A stretch of DNA of 63,658 bases, counting the filler, from Reticulomyxa filosa (lineage: Eukaryota; Protista; Foraminifera): NCBI GenBank assembly GCA_000512085.1. It is 18 parts of 18 records of this genome, joined end to end, with 100 filler letters (N's around TTAATTAATTAA, not from the genome) between each part and the next. Parts side by side here need not be neighbours in the genome. Positions count along the whole stretch, not along the records: positions 60,677 to 62,437 come from ASPP01001302.1; positions 62,538 to 63,658 come from ASPP01011784.1; 16 more parts are not named here. One strand, written 5' to 3'. Positions 61,884-63,658 of the stretch are shown here, piece after piece. The translations under genes were made by a program, and so were the position numbers. The notes below the pieces were generated by a model. The model saw only the letters and a list, made by a program, of their open reading frames with translations. It ran no database searches and was not told where the DNA came from. The number at the start of each line of letters is the position of its first letter. Within the stretch, counting starts at the first letter, position 1.

Positions 61884-62124
61884 ATACCTTCTCGGCCTTT
61901 TGGCTAAGATCAAGTGTAGTATCAGTTCTTCTCAGCCTGATCTCTGAGATTAGGAACTATTTGTTTCTAAACAGTTGATTAGGATGATTTCTTGAGCCAA
62001 ACTTCACTGTGATCTACATACAAAAGGGCTTGCTCTTTTGTAGATTTACAACTCAAATGAATTTCGATTTGTTTGAGCTAGTTGAAGTGGTGATCCTAGT
62101 ATTGCAGTATCTCTAGGTATCGCC
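61884..62124 (+). ncRNA. U2: U2 spliceosomal snRNA, about 241 nt, with expanded stem III
   Basis: ATACCTTCTCGGCCTTTTGGCTAAGATCAAGTGTAGTATC 5' end; stem IIa CTCAG/CTGAG; IIb; IIc CCTGATC/GATTAGG; Sm-like GATTTCTTGA; stem III GGGCTTGCTC; stem IV loop TATTGCAGTA. Confidence 0.96.
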
Positions 62125-62537
62125 GGTGAATTAAAAATTCACCACATCATTATTTTATCCCAATTATCAAACAATATTTTTTGTCCTTACTCCAAAAAAA
62201 TTAAATGTTTACAAATTTTCAAATAAAACTTAGCGAAAAAGTTCCTACAAAAAAATAATCATATCATTCGATGAATGTTTCTAATTATAAAAATAATTCT
62301 GGGGAACTAATTTATTTATTTAAATTCGTTTGGGAAGTTCAAAAAAAAAGATTAATTGTTTATACTGTTTTTTAACAATAACTTTATGAAGAAAGTGTGG
62401 GGAGTCAGCTACGGAGAACTGTACTAAATGTAATACGNNNNNNNNNNNNNNNNNNNNNNNNNNNNNNNNNNNNNNNNNNNNTTAATTAATTAANNNNNNN
62501 NNNNNNNNNNNNNNNNNNNNNNNNNNNNNNNNNNNNN

Positions 62538-62741
62538 TGCATTTTCGTGTTCATCACAATGTAATTCCATTGCATTGTTTGTGATTTGATTGCAAATGCA
62601 GCAAATTAACGTGTCCAATTTTTGTGATTCATTTGTCAATGAAATCCAAGCGTTACTGTAACACCCAGAAAGTGAAAACGCTGTTCTTTTGTTTTCTTTA
62701 ATTTCTTCTCCTTCACTTGCTTCTGCTTCAAATAATAGCAT
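62538..62741 (-). CDS. RING-variant / TRAF family protein, N-terminus; 3'-truncated
   Basis: CYSNAWISLTN...LICCICNQITNNAMELHCDEHENA aligns with 42847-43364. Confidence 0.85.
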
Positions 62742-63658
62742 TAGTCTTACTTCTACAATAATAATATATGCAAGAATTCCAATACAATTTTAAAAAGGAT
62801 AAACACAAAGTTCAGGAGTACGACACTTTTGAAACAACAATGGATCTTGCAAGAAAAGCATGTTGTTTTTGGAATTTTTTAAAGACTTCAATGCTTCCAA
62901 CAAAGAAATAAACTTTCAATTGATTGACTAGTATATGGTTTTTATGTCTCTTAACAAGCTCACCGCGAATTTAACACACCAACTCTATTTCGAAAGCCTT
63001 GTAAGCGAAACTTTCTTTAATTTTTTCCTATCCCTTCTAACGATTTCAACAAAAAAAACATGAGTTTTCCCTAAAACTCAAAAAAAACTAAGAACAACGA
63101 AACAAAAAAGATTCAAGATTATTGTTTGACTGTTTACATATTTTAGTTTTCAAATTATTTATAAATAAATTCTACCTTCAATTTGCTGTTTGTTTTCTAT
63201 CGCTCAAAACTGAAAGTAAATTAAGGAGTTGGACGCATGATCTCTTTCAAAGAAAAAGAATTATTGTTAAAATGTATCTTTTTTTGTCTATGTATGTGCA
63301 CCAAAAAAGATGTAACTAAGAATGATGAAAAAAAATAGCTAAAGGTAGAAAAATCAATGCGATTGAAAATAGTTTGAAAATGATGGATTTGTGATGTGTT
63401 TTTCTTTGAAAATTTCTAAAGGAGAGTTTATCATTTGGTGTAAAATATTCTGCGCTAGCGTGCTGTGATGAGAATGATTTGTGTTCTTCTTTTCCACAAT
63501 ACCAAAGCTTGGACCCCAAAAAAAAAAGACAATAATTGTGGCGCAATGCAGCAACTAAAAAAAAGTGGGCAAAAAGAACTGCACAAAAATTATTCACACA
63601 CTACAACCAATCTTCGTGCTTGTTGAGTAGAACGAACAACAGCAAAAAAAAAAAAAAA

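Noticed and set aside
1479-62537. Regularly recurring TTAATTAATTAA flanked by Ns, resembling a repeat array
   Set aside because: It is an artificial contig linker. It also invalidates cross-spacer gene neighbourhoods and ORFs containing X runs.

Overview
This is AT-rich, intron-containing eukaryotic DNA. It is 18 unrelated contigs joined by 17 artificial 100-nt spacers (N44-TTAATTAATTAA-N44), so synteny holds only within a contig. The expanded WD40 and RING-TRAF families and the intron style suggest the foraminiferan Reticulomyxa filosa or a relative (inference). Housekeeping genes: a WDFY3/BEACH-like protein, a 3-hydroxyisobutyrate-dehydrogenase-family enzyme, a tandem cold-shock protein, calreticulin, a PH protein, importin-alpha, DNAJC17, mitochondrial Hsp70, a methyltransferase, a class II HDAC, the mRNA cap methyltransferase, a 3-ketoacyl-CoA reductase and a U2 snRNA. 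Accessory content: at least eight intact or decaying members of two WD40/RING-TRAF families, a PB1-like plus caspase-fold protease, an orphan USP fragment and a Tc1 element. The best candidates for new biology are: (1) a birth-and-death repertoire of ubiquitin-ligase-like WD40 receptors plus a caspase-like effector, possibly immune; (2) a 286-nt four-helix structured element flanked by direct repeats; (3) A-rich AAG 3' splice sites together with an expanded, variant U2; (4) an HDAC-RING fusion; (5) recurrent microhomology-bounded deletions. All calls come from reading the sequence by eye; no searches were run.
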